From an uncultured bacterium (lineage in GTDB: Bacteria; SAR324; NAC60-12): DNA of 27,467 nucleotides. Under the pieces are notes generated by a model. The model did not search any database. It saw only the letters and a list, made by a program, of their open reading frames with translations, and had not been told where the DNA came from. Shown piece by piece: positions 26,985 to 27,467 of the stretch (its first letter is position 1; each line of letters begins with the position of its first letter). The translations under genes were made by a program, and so were the position numbers. The stretch covers positions 1 to 27,467 of the forward strand of contig CAXGMD010000048.1 of the NCBI GenBank assembly GCA_964010765.1, in the 5' to 3' direction.

Positions 26985-27038
26985 GACTAGCTCTATGGGT
27001 GCTACCTGGAACACCCACTAATATAATGAGGAGTTCGT

Positions 27039-27341
27039 ATGAGTAGTTTGGGATTGAGTAGTGATACCTCTGGGGTATTGCACACTACCAAATTCATAGA
27101 AGACGTGCCGATGATCATGTCCGTGGAAATCGGACGCAACGACATGCTCATCAGAGATATCCTGGCTCTGAAAAAGGGATCCGTGATCGAATTTATGAAG
27201 GTTGTTGGCGAACCCATGGATGTGGTTGTCAACGAGAGGCTAATGGCGCGTGGTGAAGTCGTAGTTGTGAACGAACGCTACGGAATCCGTATTTCCGAGG
27301 TAACGCGTCCCGATGAAAAAATTGGTGACAAACGCGAGTAA
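27039..27341 (+). CDS. fliN: Flagellar motor switch protein FliN (SpoA domain)
   Basis: DVPM.MSVEIGR..M.I.DILAL..GSVIE...VGEPMDVVVN.RLMARGEVVVVNERYGIRISEV; SD GAGGAG. Confidence 0.9.
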   Translation: MSSLGLSSDTSGVLHTTKFIEDVPMIMSVEIGRNDMLIRDILALKKGSVIEFMKVVGEPMDVVVNERLMARGEVVVVNERYGIRISEVTRPDEKIGDKRE

Positions 27342-27349
27342 GCCCCGTC

Positions 27350-27467
27350 TTGTCTGACCGTCCTTTGCTGCAGGTGCAGCAGCTCTCTCATTCCTTCCAG
27401 GAAAAACGAGGTCTGCTTCAGCAGGCCGTCAGTTCCTCCCCAGTACTGCAAGATATCAATTTAGTAA
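27350..27467 (+). CDS. ABC transporter ATP-binding protein (OppF/DppF-like), 5' fragment cut by the window edge
   Basis: TTG 27350 gives MSDRPLLQVQQLSHSFQEKRGLLQQAVSSSPVLQDINLV..., matching the typical LL.V..L...F....G......VL.DI.L start of peptide ABC ATPases. Walker A lies outside the window. Confidence 0.6.
   Translation, partial: MSDRPLLQVQQLSHSFQEKRGLLQQAVSSSPVLQDINLV

Noticed and set aside
27342..27467. fliO expected after fliN
   Set aside because: The frame translates like an ABC ATPase N-terminus with no transmembrane segment.
1..27467. CRISPR arrays, tRNA/rRNA, IS elements, prophage or defence genes
   Set aside because: No regularly spaced DNA repeats, cloverleaf motifs, terminal inverted repeats or matching protein motifs were seen by eye; tRNAscan-SE, Infernal and DefenseFinder would confirm.

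Overview
Ordinary chromosomal backbone of a Gram-negative bacterium. Gene families and style suggest a deltaproteobacterial-like, possibly marine SAR324-type lineage (inference only). I saw no rRNA, tRNA, CRISPR array, transposase or integrase. In order, the window holds: SsuC/TauC-type ABC permease, FAD-dependent oxidoreductase, beta-hydroxyacid dehydrogenase, alpha/beta hydrolase, queE, histidine phosphatase, FmdB zinc-ribbon protein with a coupled 60-aa ORF, cca, a phasin-like monocistron, an Fe-S (6-4) photolyase, a TraB/GumN protein, an M48-TPR protease, a 1492-aa DUF748/AsmA-like protein, two head-to-head MinD/FlhG-like ATPases (one frameshifted), GT11/GT4/GT9 glycosyltransferases, uppS-cdsA-dxr-rseP, an orphan fliN with a sigma54-type promoter, and the start of an ABC ATPase. 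Best leads: (1) an exact 41-residue tandem expansion inside one of five modules of the DUF748 protein, (2) the divergent ATPase paralog pair near the orphan fliN, (3) the phasin-like gene sharing a control region with the photolyase, (4) a cryptic membrane ORF with an in-frame TGA. All family assignments come from motif recognition, not database searches.
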